DNA from: an uncultured Candidatus Saccharibacteria bacterium
GTDB lineage: Bacteria; Patescibacteriota; Minisyncoccia; Phycocordibacterales; UBA12088
NCBI GenBank assembly: GCA_964567265.1
Contig: CAZMLK010000001.1
Location: forward strand, 15,832 to 79,831
Reading direction: 5' to 3'
DNA: 64,000 nucleotides
Shown here: positions 28,134 to 37,669 of the stretch, piece by piece
How positions within the stretch are numbered: position 1 is the stretch's first letter
Layout of the letters: each line of letters starts with the position of its first letter
The notes under the pieces: generated by a model
Told to the model about the DNA's origin: nothing
Databases searched by the model: none
Seen by the model: only the letters and a program-made list of their open reading frames with translations
Translations under genes and position numbers: made by a program

Positions 28134-28765
28134 TGGAGGCAACGATCACATCCATACTTGGTTCGCTGCTCTCATTCCTGCTCCTCTATAAGTACGCAGC
28201 GCTCTTCGTCATCGGCTACATCGCCGCGCTTGCCGTTCCTATTCCCTCGAGCACGACGCTGGTCGCCGCGAGTGCATTCGCTTCGCAGGGGTATTTCAGT
28301 TTTCCACTCGTGCTTCTGACCGCCTTCAGCGCGAACGTGGCAGGGGATGCGACCGGCTACCTGATCGCAAGATGGTACGGAGCAGGATTCCTCCATAGGA
28401 TCGGTCTCAGGCGCGTGATCACCTCGAAGACGTTCGCGAAGCTGGAAGACTACATCCTCAGTTTCCCGCAGACCGTCATCTACTTCACGCGCTTCATGAC
28501 CGAGGCCGGGCCGGCGGTGAACATCCTTTCAGGCCTTACCAAGGTGCCGTACCGGACATACTTCCTTTTCGAGATGCTGGGCGAGGCATCGTATGTCCTC
28601 CTCTATGGCTTCGCGGGATATTATCTCGGGGGCGAATGGGAGAACAATGTGGGATTCCTCGCAAAGGGCGCTATGGTGATCGTGTCCCTCGGTGTCACCC
28701 TGAACGTGGCTCAGTGGGCGCTGTATAAATCGAGGGACAAGAGGGCTTCGCGTGGGGTGAAATAA
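28133..28765 (+). CDS. DedA/VTT-domain membrane protein
   Basis: FVIGYIAALAVPIPSSTTLVAASAFAS...GDATGYLIARWYG is a DedA-type motif. Confidence 0.7.
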   Translation: MEATITSILGSLLSFLLLYKYAALFVIGYIAALAVPIPSSTTLVAASAFASQGYFSFPLVLLTAFSANVAGDATGYLIARWYGAGFLHRIGLRRVITSKTFAKLEDYILSFPQTVIYFTRFMTEAGPAVNILSGLTKVPYRTYFLFEMLGEASYVLLYGFAGYYLGGEWENNVGFLAKGAMVIVSLGVTLNVAQWALYKSRDKRASRGVK

Positions 28766-28790
28766 ACATGATGAGTGCACAGTACTACCG

Positions 28791-29369
28791 ATGAGCAGCA
28801 TACCCATGAAAGCAGAACTCACTGATGAGGCGATCGCAACAGCGGTTCAGGGAGGCGATGCCGAGTCATTCGGCGTCCTGATGGAACGCTATGAGCCGAA
28901 GCTTACCCGCTATGCACGGCGGTTCGTTGCGGATCCGGATCGCATCACGGACCTGGTCCAGGATGTCTTCATCAAGGCATACACCAATATCCAAAGCTTC
29001 GATGCGACACGTGCCTTCTCGCCCTGGATCTACCGCATCGCGCACAACGAATTCGTGAACGCGGTCAAGAAACGGGTTTCCGAGAAGCTGTTCGCGCTCG
29101 ATTTCGACCTCATCCTCCCGCAGCTCGCAGCGCCGGAAAGCACCGACTCGGAATCGCATCGACGCGAGGAGAAGGAGATGTTGGAGAAGTGTCTTGATCA
29201 GATTCCAGCGAAATATCGCGAGCCCCTCGTGCTGTATTATTTCGAGGAGATGGAATACCGGGAGATCAGTGAAATCATGCAGATCCCGACGAACACTGTC
29301 GGCGTCCGGCTCCAGCGAGGAAAAGTAATTTTGAAAAAGATTATCAGCGAGAACGGCGGACGCACCTAG
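28791..29369 (+). CDS. RNA polymerase sigma-70 factor, ECF subfamily
   Basis: Region 2 (DLVQDVFIKAY...FSPWIYRIAHNEFVN) and region 4 (YREPLVLYYFEEMEYREISEIMQIPTNTVGVRLQRGK). Confidence 0.85.
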   Translation: MSSIPMKAELTDEAIATAVQGGDAESFGVLMERYEPKLTRYARRFVADPDRITDLVQDVFIKAYTNIQSFDATRAFSPWIYRIAHNEFVNAVKKRVSEKLFALDFDLILPQLAAPESTDSESHRREEKEMLEKCLDQIPAKYREPLVLYYFEEMEYREISEIMQIPTNTVGVRLQRGKVILKKIISENGGRT

Positions 29370-29380
29370 AACACACGGCA

Positions 29381-30160
29381 ATGCACTTGGAAGATATCCA
29401 CAAAGAAAAAATAGGACGGACCGTGCAGGAGCAGGTTCTCGAGACCATCCGGAGAGGCGAGCTTGCGATGCGGCCCAAGTGGCATTTCGTGCTCCGCGGC
29501 ATTTTGATGGCGCTCGGCGGCATCATCCTCTCGCTCCTTCTCCTCTACCTCGCGAGCTTCATTCTCTTCGCGATCAACAAGAGCGGCGTCATATTCGTGC
29601 CCGCGTTCGGCGGTAACGGCTGGTATTCCTTCTTCTGGTCCTTGCCCTGGCTCCTCATATTCCTCACCGTCCTCTTCATCGCGATTCTCGAGATACTCGT
29701 CCGCAAATATTCATTCGGGTACCGCCAGCCGCTCCTGTATTCAGCGCTCGGCATTATCGGCATCGGAACGTTCGCCGCCTATGGCATTGCCGCGACGCCG
29801 TTCCATCAGAGTCTCTTCGATTTCGCGGAAAAGTACGAAGTGCCGTTCGCGCGCGATTTCTATCGGGGATACGGCGCGCCGGAGATCCATGACGTGCATC
29901 TCGGTCGTATCGCATCGACGACTGAGAACGGATTCACCATCATCGGACGACGGGGAACACTCGAAGTCGTCATTACGCCGAATACCCGGTTCCCGTACGG
30001 ACTGGATTTCGTCGAGGGGGATATGGTAGTCGTGTTCGGCGAGATTGATGATCGGATCATCACCGCAGTCGGTATTCGGACCGCGCCTGATGATTTGCCG
30101 ATGGGGCCGCCCCGTGGCGAACGGCATCGCATTCCGATCGGCACACCGGCGATCCGGTAA
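29381..30160 (+). CDS. Putative anti-sigma factor / membrane protein co-transcribed with ECF sigma
   Basis: Starts 12 nt after the sigma-factor stop. Cytoplasmic N-terminus, four TM helices, then an extracytoplasmic C-terminal domain. Function assigned by position only. Confidence 0.45.
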   Translation: MHLEDIHKEKIGRTVQEQVLETIRRGELAMRPKWHFVLRGILMALGGIILSLLLLYLASFILFAINKSGVIFVPAFGGNGWYSFFWSLPWLLIFLTVLFIAILEILVRKYSFGYRQPLLYSALGIIGIGTFAAYGIAATPFHQSLFDFAEKYEVPFARDFYRGYGAPEIHDVHLGRIASTTENGFTIIGRRGTLEVVITPNTRFPYGLDFVEGDMVVVFGEIDDRIITAVGIRTAPDDLPMGPPRGERHRIPIGTPAIR

Positions 30161-30167
30161 GTGCGAT

Positions 30168-30238
30168 CAAAGACGAACTGAAAATCGCAAGCATTCGCTT
30201 GCGATTTTCAGTTCGTCTTTGATTTTTTCCTAGAAACG
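30168..30238 (+). terminator. Strong rho-independent terminator
   Basis: caaagacgaactgaaaatcgcaag-cattcg-cttgcgattttcagttcgtctttg followed by attttttt. Confidence 0.8.
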
Positions 30239-30379
30239 TGTTCGGAAGTATATGCATGAAAGACGCGCGCGCTCGTCTTGTAGTAATTCATGGAGGGCAA
30301 GAGCTGGCCAATGCGCAGGGAATTCCCATTGGCTCGCATGCGCTCCCATCAATTATTGGGCAACTAAGAAACTATTCGT

Positions 30380-30862
30380 ATGGACAGCATTGGAACACGT
30401 AAATTTAGCAGGAGGATGATGGCGCTCGGAGCGATCCCAGTCCTCGGACTCGGGCTTCTCTCGGGAGGCGCGGCAGTCTCAGCAGCAGGATTCCTCGGCA
30501 GCGAGGCGACTCCGCAGGAGATCGCGACGCGCCAGCAGACGATGTTCGACAAGCAGGCATCCTTGCTCGGCATCAGCGTTGATAAGGTCAAGGACGCGTG
30601 GGCTGCGGGGAAGACTCTGCAGGAACTCGCGGCTGAGAACGGCATCACGGAAGCGCAGCTTCAAGAAAAGCTGGTTGCGGAACGGACCGCGGCGATGAAG
30701 GCCCAGATCCAGGCACTGGTTGATCAGGGCATCGTGACCCAAGCGCAGGCTGACCAGCGGCTGGCCTACATGGCTGCCAATCCCGGTAAGGCGAAAGGCA
30801 TGATGGGTCCGGGTGGTCGCGGGCGCGGGCACCATGGAATGATGGGCGGAGACGAGCTCTAA
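30380..30862 (+). CDS. Secreted helical protein with Tat-like signal and Gly/His/Met-rich tail
   Basis: FSRRMMALGAIPVLGLGLLSGGAAVSAAG is a twin-arginine-like signal. Helical repeats (QEIATRQQ..., QAQADQRLAYM) follow. C-terminal GMMGPGGRGRGHHGMMGG. Confidence 0.5.
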   Translation: MDSIGTRKFSRRMMALGAIPVLGLGLLSGGAAVSAAGFLGSEATPQEIATRQQTMFDKQASLLGISVDKVKDAWAAGKTLQELAAENGITEAQLQEKLVAERTAAMKAQIQALVDQGIVTQAQADQRLAYMAANPGKAKGMMGPGGRGRGHHGMMGGDEL

Positions 30863-30869
30863 GAGTACA

Positions 30870-30926
30870 GAAGACCCCAAAACGCACATGAACCCCTCTG
30901 GGGTTCATGTGCGTTTTGGGGTCTTC
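30870..30926 (+). terminator. Long hairpin terminator
   Basis: gaagaccccaaaacgcacatgaacccc-tct-ggggttcatgtgcgttttggggtcttc. Confidence 0.65.
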
Positions 30927-31001
30927 ATCTCAGCTCCATATGGATATTTGTAGAATGGGACGGAAGCCTTATGAGCGTAACGAAAGCGTAACGAAACAGC
31001 A

Positions 31002-31196
31002 ATGCCAAGATACGGTCCGAAGGCGGGAGAGATGGTGGGAAAGGCGATGCATGCGTTCAAGCGCGGGACGCTTCATTCTGGCAGGAATAAGGCGCCCGTA
31101 CACAGCCGCGAACAAGCGATCGCGGTCGGCCTCTCGAAGGCCAGGGCAATAGGAGCTATGGTTCCGAAGCAGCGGAAGCGCGCTCCTGGTCGCTGA
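31002..31196 (+). CDS. Small basic conserved protein (64 aa)
   Basis: MPRYGPKAGEMVGKAMHAFKRGTLHSGRNKAPVHSREQAIAVGLSKARAIGAMVPKQRKRAPGR resembles small conserved basic proteins of unknown function. Confidence 0.45.
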   Translation: MPRYGPKAGEMVGKAMHAFKRGTLHSGRNKAPVHSREQAIAVGLSKARAIGAMVPKQRKRAPGR

Positions 31197-31231
31197 GTCG
31201 AAGAATCGTTTTATACGTTAACTCTGTATCT

Positions 31232-31384
31232 ATGCTCGTCACAATCGCAGCAGTGCTCTTGATTCTCTGGTTGCTCGGCGTCGTCGGCGTCTATTCAATC
31301 GGATGGTTCATCCACGTGCTTCTCGTAATCGCCGTCATCATGTTCCTCATACGGATCATCCAGGGAAGGAACCCGATCCAGTAA
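31232..31384 (+). CDS. Lmo0937-family small membrane protein (50 aa)
   Basis: MLVTIAAVLLILWLLGVVGVYSIGWFIHVLLVIAVIMFLIRIIQGRNPIQ, two hydrophobic helices typical of the lmo0937 family. It is below the track's length cutoff, so it was found by eye. Confidence 0.6.
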   Translation: MLVTIAAVLLILWLLGVVGVYSIGWFIHVLLVIAVIMFLIRIIQGRNPIQ

Positions 31385-31435
31385 CCTTGCTTCAGAGGTT
31401 GGTCGCGGGGATCGTTCGCCTATGAACGGGACCGC

Positions 31436-31476
31436 CAATGCGCACGCTCCTACACACCGGGAGCGTGCGCATTTGT
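31436..31476 (+). terminator. Hairpin terminator
   Basis: caatgcgcacgctcc-tacacacc-gggagcgtgcgcatttg. Confidence 0.55.
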
Positions 31477-31714
31477 GCAGGAAGCGGATATTCAAGCGCG
31501 TGATTTTTTATGAAAAGTTCATCTTGAAGCGGACTGTGCGTCCGAGCATGAAGATGTGCATGCATGAGTTCACGCAAAACTCATGAAAAAGGCATTAAGC
31601 AATATATACGAGTTGAGGGGAAGAAGAGGGAGCGCATACAATTGCGAAGCGGCTTCGCGATCGTTCCATGGGGGAACAGACCGACCGTCCTAGCAACTAA
31701 CACGATTGATACCC

Positions 31715-32581
31715 ATGCATTACTTCAGACGCATGCATGCGCATGCACTCCGCATCGCAGACATCAGCTCACGCCTCTTGTTCATCGCCTTCGCGCTTGC
31801 GCCGGCATACGCATTCGCGTACACGCCTGCTGCGCCCGCTGATCCTGATTTCATCTACTCGTTCAATATGCCCGGCACGCTCTACGCCTCGGAATACATG
31901 CAGAATACGACCAGTCCGTATTTCTGGATCAGTTCCGGCGGCCGGATGATTATTGAGAATGGCATCGGGAAGACCATCCAAGGAAGGCTTCCGACCGGTG
32001 ACATTTCTCAGGTCGACTATGCGCGGGTCAATCCGCTCGATACCGATGGCGGGCACTATCCGCAGAATACATTCCGGCTTGTAACACGGAATACCTGGGG
32101 CAATGGCGAGGAAAGCGTCCAGTTCCGCGTCACCGCGCAGAACCTGACGAGTACCCCGAACCGCGATGGCTATAGCGGCATCTTTCTGTTCAGCCGCTAC
32201 AAGGATAAGGACAATCTCTATTACTCAGGAATCCGGGATGACGGGCTTGCCGTGCTCAAGAAGAAGATTGGCGGCGAATATTACACGCTCACCTATGCGC
32301 AAGCATTCGGCACGTGGGGCGCATACGATAAGTTCTCGAATCCGAGCCTCATCCCCTCATGGCAGTGGATCGGGCTCAAGACTCGTACCACCAACCTCTC
32401 GGGAGGCAAGGTGAAAATCGAGCTTCTCGTCGACCGCGCGAATACCGGCAACTGGCAGCCGCTCGTCTCGTATGTAGATAGCGGTGTCGGAGGTGCGGCA
32501 TTCACCGGAGCAGGATCAGGCGGCATCCGTACCGACTACATGGATGTGCAGTTCGATGAATTCAGATTCAAGTCGCTGTAG
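31715..32581 (+). CDS. Secreted hypothetical protein (beta-rich, possible glycan-binding)
   Basis: Signal peptide (MHAHALRIADISSRLLFIAFALAPAYAFA if the start is 31733). No catalytic motif recognised. Confidence 0.5.
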   Translation: MHYFRRMHAHALRIADISSRLLFIAFALAPAYAFAYTPAAPADPDFIYSFNMPGTLYASEYMQNTTSPYFWISSGGRMIIENGIGKTIQGRLPTGDISQVDYARVNPLDTDGGHYPQNTFRLVTRNTWGNGEESVQFRVTAQNLTSTPNRDGYSGIFLFSRYKDKDNLYYSGIRDDGLAVLKKKIGGEYYTLTYAQAFGTWGAYDKFSNPSLIPSWQWIGLKTRTTNLSGGKVKIELLVDRANTGNWQPLVSYVDSGVGGAAFTGAGSGGIRTDYMDVQFDEFRFKSL

Positions 32582-32597
32582 GAATGGCTGTTGATGC

Positions 32598-32644
32598 CGC
32601 AAATCAGAAATGCCCGCGCGTACGCGCGGGCATTTCTGATTTGG
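32598..32644 (+). terminator. Hairpin terminator
   Basis: caaatcagaaatgcccgcgcg-tacg-cgcgggcatttctgatttg, a 21-bp stem. Confidence 0.6.
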
Positions 32645-32738
32645 CAAGCGCGAGGTACCTCGTGGTACACTGATTTCCAATCCGCGCCACGAACTGGTTT
32701 TGTAAGAAACACGCCGCTAATCGTCATCGCTTCTATCT

Positions 32739-33974
32739 ATGCGCACCATCATACGATCCTCTCTGGCTGCATCGACAGCGACTGCAGCCCTTTCGCTGGT
32801 TGTCTTTTTCGGCGTCGCGACAGACGCGCACGCGGCGACGCTCAAAGCGACCCCTCTTGAGATTTCCGGTTGGATTCCGTACTGGCGCGCAGCGACCGGC
32901 ACTGCAGACGCGATCCAGCATCTCGACACCTTCAAGGAGATCAATCCGTTCGTCTATACGATGAAGAGCGACGGCACTGTTTTTGACGCCGGCCATATGG
33001 ACCAGGAGCCTTGGCTTTCCCTCGTCGCTGCCGCGAAAGCGAAGAAAGTCCGCGTCATCCCGACCATCATGTGGAGCGATGGCGAGACCATCCACCGCAT
33101 CCTCAGCAACCAGACGACACGCATCGCGCTCGAGGATGAGATTACCGCGCTCGTGAAAGCGAAGGGGTACGACGGCATTGACATCGACTTCGAAGGGAAG
33201 CTCGCCGAAACCAAGCCCTACTTCTCGACATTCCTCCGCGGCCTCTACCAGCGGATGGGGAACAAGTGGGTGATGTGCACCATCGAGGCGCGCACCCCAT
33301 TGGATTCACGCTTCACCGTCATCCCGAAGGACATTCAGTTCGCGAACGACTACAAGGAAATCAACAAGTACTGTGACCGTGTGCGCATCATGGCGTACGA
33401 CCAAGGCACCATCGATCTCAAGCTGAATGAGACCGAAGTCGGCCCGTATATCCCCGTCGCTGACCCGCTCTGGGTAGAAAAGGTGATGCTCCTCGCTTCA
33501 AAAGATATCGCGAAGAAGAAGCTCGTCATCGGCATCCCGACGTACGGCTACGAATATGATCTCGTGCCGATGCGCGAGGATGGCTTCAGCTACAACCGTC
33601 AGTGGGCATTCAACCCGCGCTATGCGACGGAACTCGCCGCGTCCCAAGGCATCACGCCAATGAGGAACAGTGCCGGGGAACTCAGCTTCATCTATTTCCC
33701 AACGCCGACAAGCCCAATCCCGACCACTGATTCCGGATTCGCGACTGACACGAACCCGACCCCGAATGTCGTGCCGCTTGGCGTCGAATCGCCGGCAGCA
33801 GTCGTCTCGGCCCAGGTCGTGGCGAACATGCCAACGATGCGCATACTCTGGTGGAGCGACGCGAATGCAATTTCTCAGAAGGTGGCACTCGCGCGCAAGC
33901 TTGGGCTGCGCGGCGTCGCGATCTTCAAGATCGACGGCGGCGAGGATCCGCTCATGTGGAACGTTCTCAAATAG
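32739..33974 (+). CDS. Glycoside hydrolase family 18-like secreted protein (chitinase/YaaH-like)
   Basis: Signal peptide. GYDGIDIDFE is the GH18 catalytic DxxDxDxE motif. WIPYW and MAYDQ motifs. Confidence 0.75.
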   Translation: MRTIIRSSLAASTATAALSLVVFFGVATDAHAATLKATPLEISGWIPYWRAATGTADAIQHLDTFKEINPFVYTMKSDGTVFDAGHMDQEPWLSLVAAAKAKKVRVIPTIMWSDGETIHRILSNQTTRIALEDEITALVKAKGYDGIDIDFEGKLAETKPYFSTFLRGLYQRMGNKWVMCTIEARTPLDSRFTVIPKDIQFANDYKEINKYCDRVRIMAYDQGTIDLKLNETEVGPYIPVADPLWVEKVMLLASKDIAKKKLVIGIPTYGYEYDLVPMREDGFSYNRQWAFNPRYATELAASQGITPMRNSAGELSFIYFPTPTSPIPTTDSGFATDTNPTPNVVPLGVESPAAVVSAQVVANMPTMRILWWSDANAISQKVALARKLGLRGVAIFKIDGGEDPLMWNVLK

Positions 33975-33983
33975 GACCACTTC

Positions 33984-34223
33984 GTGCACCATCCTTTCGA
34001 AAAATTATTCGACGATGCTCTCCGGAAAAGCACCGACGGCGAGAACCTCATCGCTGATGTTGCCTTCGACCTCAAGGGGAAGGGCTATCAGCCGTCCGAG
34101 ATCTATCTCGCGCTTCGGCATTTCGAGCATGGACTCATCCAGGACCGCGACATCGCGCTCGCGAAGGCGGCGCTCGAGGAACTTGCGCCATTCGCTGAAG
34201 ACGCAAAGGAGGAAGTAGAATAG
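33984..34223 (+). CDS. Hypothetical small acidic protein
   Basis: 79-aa ORF in a co-directional gene string. No motif. Confidence 0.35.
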   Translation: MHHPFEKLFDDALRKSTDGENLIADVAFDLKGKGYQPSEIYLALRHFEHGLIQDRDIALAKAALEELAPFAEDAKEEVE

Positions 34224-34228
34224 AAGGC

Positions 34229-34828
34229 ATGCCGGATACGATGCAGTGGTATGAGCGCATTTCCATGAGGAGCTATCTCCTTATCGGAGGTGCGCTCATA
34301 TTGCTATCTGCACTCACGCTCTTCCTCATGGGGCGCATACCGATATGCGCGTGCGGCTACGTGAAGCTGTGGCACGGCGTCGTGGTGAGCTCAGAGAATT
34401 CCCAGCATCTCACCGATTGGTACACTTTTTCCCACATCATCCACGGCTTTCTCTTCTTCGCGCTCCTCGCGTTCCTTGCGCGGTACATCCCGCCCCTCAA
34501 GAGTCTCGGACTCCGCTTCGTCCTCGCCGTCGGCATCGAAGGAGCGTGGGAGATTCTCGAGAACAGCAGCGTCATCATTAATCGTTACCGTGAAGCGACG
34601 ATCGCGCTCGACTACTTCGGCGACAGCATCATCAACTCAACTTTCGATATCCTGGCGATGTGCCTGGGATTCTATCTCGCGCGCAGGCTTCCCATTTGGC
34701 TCACCATCATGCTCGCCATCCTCATGGAGATCGGTGTCGCCTATGTCATCCGGGACAATCTCACGCTGAACATCATCATGCTCCTGTATCCGCTCGAAGC
34801 CATCAAGGTGTGGCAGATGGGAGGATAA
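34229..34828 (+). CDS. DUF2585 / UPF0314-family membrane protein
   Basis: [11 protein letters not shown] motif and multiple TM helices. Confidence 0.55.
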   Translation: MPDTMQWYERISMRSYLLIGGALILLSALTLFLMGRIPICACGYVKLWHGVVVSSENSQHLTDWYTFSHIIHGFLFFALLAFLARYIPPLKSLGLRFVLAVGIEGAWEILENSSVIINRYREATIALDYFGDSIINSTFDILAMCLGFYLARRLPIWLTIMLAILMEIGVAYVIRDNLTLNIIMLLYPLEAIKVWQMGG

Positions 34829-34889
34829 CCTGGGCATTCCCTGGTCCAGTTCATTGGTATACTACCCATGAATAGTTAATTCCTGATCC

Positions 34890-36317
34890 ATGTTCCAAAA
34901 AATAGCGAAATCCGCACTGCTTTTTGCCGCACTGATTCCCTCGCTCGCGTTTGCAGATGCGCCGGTCATCACGTCATTCACCTCGAGCGCGTCATCGCAG
35001 CCGAGCGGGTACGCGATGGTATTTTCGTGGACTGTCTCGGGAGGGAACGGCCAGAACATCCTGTTCTCCTGCCCGACTGGCGTGACTGTCAAGAATGCCG
35101 ATACGAATGTCGCGGTACCCTGCAACAGCAGCCAGGCGATTGGCGGCCCGTACGACTACGGGCAAGCCGGGTTTACGATCGTGAACGTGAGCGGGTCAGC
35201 GAAGACCATGAAAGTGAGGATTACTCCTCGGGATTCGAGCGGGACGGAAAGTGCGGCTGGCGCAAAAGAGCTGTATGTGACCATAGGCGCAGTGCCGCAG
35301 CCGATTACTGACTTCACGGTTACGCCGGCAAGCATTGCCGATGGCGATTCGATCACGCTTACGTGGACTGGTGTCGCCGACATCACCGGCACGAACATCA
35401 TCATCGACTGTACGCCTGGCGTGAAGTTCAGCTCGAGCGGCTCGACACTCTCGTGCGGTGTGCCTGCATTTGCAACCGCACAGCCCGCATCGGGCTCGGT
35501 GCTTATCGCCGTATCCAATGCAAGCTCCGGAAGCATGCAGTTCAGTGTCCGCATCCTTCCTGTGGTTGAGGCGGGCGTGTACGATTCGACGCATGGGCTT
35601 TCGAAGCAGGTTACCGTTGCTGGGAAAGCACTTGCGCCCGTGCCCACGCTCACCGCGTTCTCGAGCTCAAAGACGACGATCGTGTCGGGCGAGCCGGTGT
35701 CCCTCTACTGGAATTCAGCAAATACGATCGGGACGAACTTCATATTCCCATGCAAGGAGGGCGTGACCGTTTCGCTCATTTCGGGTTCCGCGACAACGAC
35801 TGCAAAATGCGGCACGATCGCATCGAATACCGCCTTCGCCGCAAGCGGCACGACAACGATCGCAATCTCGAGCACTCTGGCATATCCGCCGTCGATGCCA
35901 GTCTCACTTCTCGCGCAAAACCCGGATGGCACCTACGATGGCGTCCGCACCAAGACGGTGACGCTTTCATTTGCACCGCCGATCGGTGCGCCGCCTGCGA
36001 GCACTCCTCCTGCCTCGGCGCCGCCGGTAACCGGGACGCCTCCTGCCGGAGGCGTCCCGGTCGTCCGTCCGTTCCAGTTCACGACCTCTCTCCAGAAGGG
36101 CTCTCGGGGATCACAAGTGAGTGCGCTCCAGGCCTACCTCGCCGTTGAGCCGCAATTGTATCCGGAAGGGTTGGTGACCGGCTATTTCGGGGCTGCGACT
36201 GAGGCGGCGATCAAGCGATTCCAGATTCGATACGGCATCACGACCGTCGGCGGAGCAGGGTACGGTCTTGTGGGTCCGAAGACACGTGCAAAATTGAATA
36301 CGCTCGACGTCTTCTAG
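34890..36317 (+). CDS. Secreted Ig-like repeat surface protein with C-terminal peptidoglycan-binding domain
   Basis: Signal peptide MFQKIAKSALLFAALIPSLAFA. Repeated Ser/Thr-rich beta domains and a Pro-rich linker. C-terminal LQKGSRGSQVSALQAYLAV...AIKRFQIRYGI matches the PG_binding_1 motif. Confidence 0.65.
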   Translation: MFQKIAKSALLFAALIPSLAFADAPVITSFTSSASSQPSGYAMVFSWTVSGGNGQNILFSCPTGVTVKNADTNVAVPCNSSQAIGGPYDYGQAGFTIVNVSGSAKTMKVRITPRDSSGTESAAGAKELYVTIGAVPQPITDFTVTPASIADGDSITLTWTGVADITGTNIIIDCTPGVKFSSSGSTLSCGVPAFATAQPASGSVLIAVSNASSGSMQFSVRILPVVEAGVYDSTHGLSKQVTVAGKALAPVPTLTAFSSSKTTIVSGEPVSLYWNSANTIGTNFIFPCKEGVTVSLISGSATTTAKCGTIASNTAFAASGTTTIAISSTLAYPPSMPVSLLAQNPDGTYDGVRTKTVTLSFAPPIGAPPASTPPASAPPVTGTPPAGGVPVVRPFQFTTSLQKGSRGSQVSALQAYLAVEPQLYPEGLVTGYFGAATEAAIKRFQIRYGITTVGGAGYGLVGPKTRAKLNTLDVF

Positions 36318-36340
36318 ACGCCGAATGCTACAATCGTGGC

Positions 36341-37660
36341 ATGACCGCGCCGAAACCGCTTGCCATCATCGTCTTCGGCGCGACCGGAGATCTCTTCGGG
36401 AAGAAGCTCGCGCCCGCGCTTTTCGGGCTTTTCAGGCGCGGGTTGCTGCCGGAGCACGTTCGTATCATCGGGCTTGGCAGGCGGATGCTCTCTGATCAGG
36501 AATTCCAGACTTCCATAACCGCCGCACTTTCGATACTCGAGACACGGCCAGAAATAGTGACTGCGTTCGGGAGTCTGCTCTCGTACGTGCAAGGTGACAG
36601 CGTTGATGTCGAAACCTATCAGAAGGTACTCTCATCTATAGCTGAATCAGACGCGCGATTCGGTGCCGTCTCCGACAAGCTCATCTACCTTGCCGTCGCT
36701 CCCAAGCTCTATCCCGACATTCTCCGCAATCTCGCGCACTCAGGGCTTGCGAAGGCGGCCAGCGATTCTGCATTCGCACGCATTCTGATCGAGAAGCCGT
36801 TCGGCGGGAGCCTCTCGGAAGCCGAAGACCTGACTTTCCTTATTGATTCCGCGCTCCAGTCGGATGCGATCTTCCGCGTGGATCACTATCTCGCGAAAGG
36901 GCCGCTTGTCGATCTTGTCCGTTTCCGCAGGGAACATCCTGAGCTCGAAAAATATTTTCAAGGTGACGCGATCTCAAGAATCGAAGTCAGATTCCTTGAA
37001 TCGGCAACCGCAGCTCGCAGGGGAGCTTTCTACGACACGGTGGGCGCCTTCCGTGATGTGGGACAAAACCACATGCTCCAGATGCTCGCTGCCGCCCTTG
37101 TCCCTGTGCCTGCCGGTCATGCAAGCGCCGAGATGCAGGCGCTCCGCGCTCGATTCCTCGCCTCGCTTTCCGTTGCGGATGGTGAGCATGCTGCTGCGCG
37201 TCGTGGCCAATACGACGGATATCTTGATGAGTCTGGAGTCCGGGCGTCATCGGATACTGAGACGTATTTCAAGATGCAACTCCGCTCAGCACTCCCGGCG
37301 TTCAGGGAAGTGCCGATCATTCTTGAGGGAGGGAAAGGGATGTCCGAGCCCGAAGTTTCGGTGAAGATGTTTTTCAAGGGGTCAGGTGGGCCCCTTACCT
37401 GCACGCTCCAGCCTATCGAGGCGCTTACGATTCCAGACGCCTTCGGCGGTTCCGCGACGGAATTCATGCGTGCGAACCGATGCGAAGGGCCGGGTGCGTA
37501 TGAGCAGGTGTTTCTTGCGGCGCAGGCCGGCGACCAGGAATTCTTTGTAGGGACCGAGGAGGCGCTCGCTGCGTGGCGGCTTACGGATGCCATCCTCGAA
37601 TCGCTGCGCGGCGTCCCGCTTGAACGCTATCCGGCCGGCAGAGCGCCGGTCACTCGGTGA
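36341..37660 (+). CDS. zwf: Glucose-6-phosphate dehydrogenase-like (divergent, short)
   Basis: N-terminal IIVFGATGDLFGKKLAPALF (NADP-binding). EKPFG motif. RVDHYLAK corresponds to the G6PD active-site RIDHYLGKE. Confidence 0.65.
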   Translation: MTAPKPLAIIVFGATGDLFGKKLAPALFGLFRRGLLPEHVRIIGLGRRMLSDQEFQTSITAALSILETRPEIVTAFGSLLSYVQGDSVDVETYQKVLSSIAESDARFGAVSDKLIYLAVAPKLYPDILRNLAHSGLAKAASDSAFARILIEKPFGGSLSEAEDLTFLIDSALQSDAIFRVDHYLAKGPLVDLVRFRREHPELEKYFQGDAISRIEVRFLESATAARRGAFYDTVGAFRDVGQNHMLQMLAAALVPVPAGHASAEMQALRARFLASLSVADGEHAAARRGQYDGYLDESGVRASSDTETYFKMQLRSALPAFREVPIILEGGKGMSEPEVSVKMFFKGSGGPLTCTLQPIEALTIPDAFGGSATEFMRANRCEGPGAYEQVFLAAQAGDQEFFVGTEEALAAWRLTDAILESLRGVPLERYPAGRAPVTR

Positions 37661-37669
37661 TACACTGGG

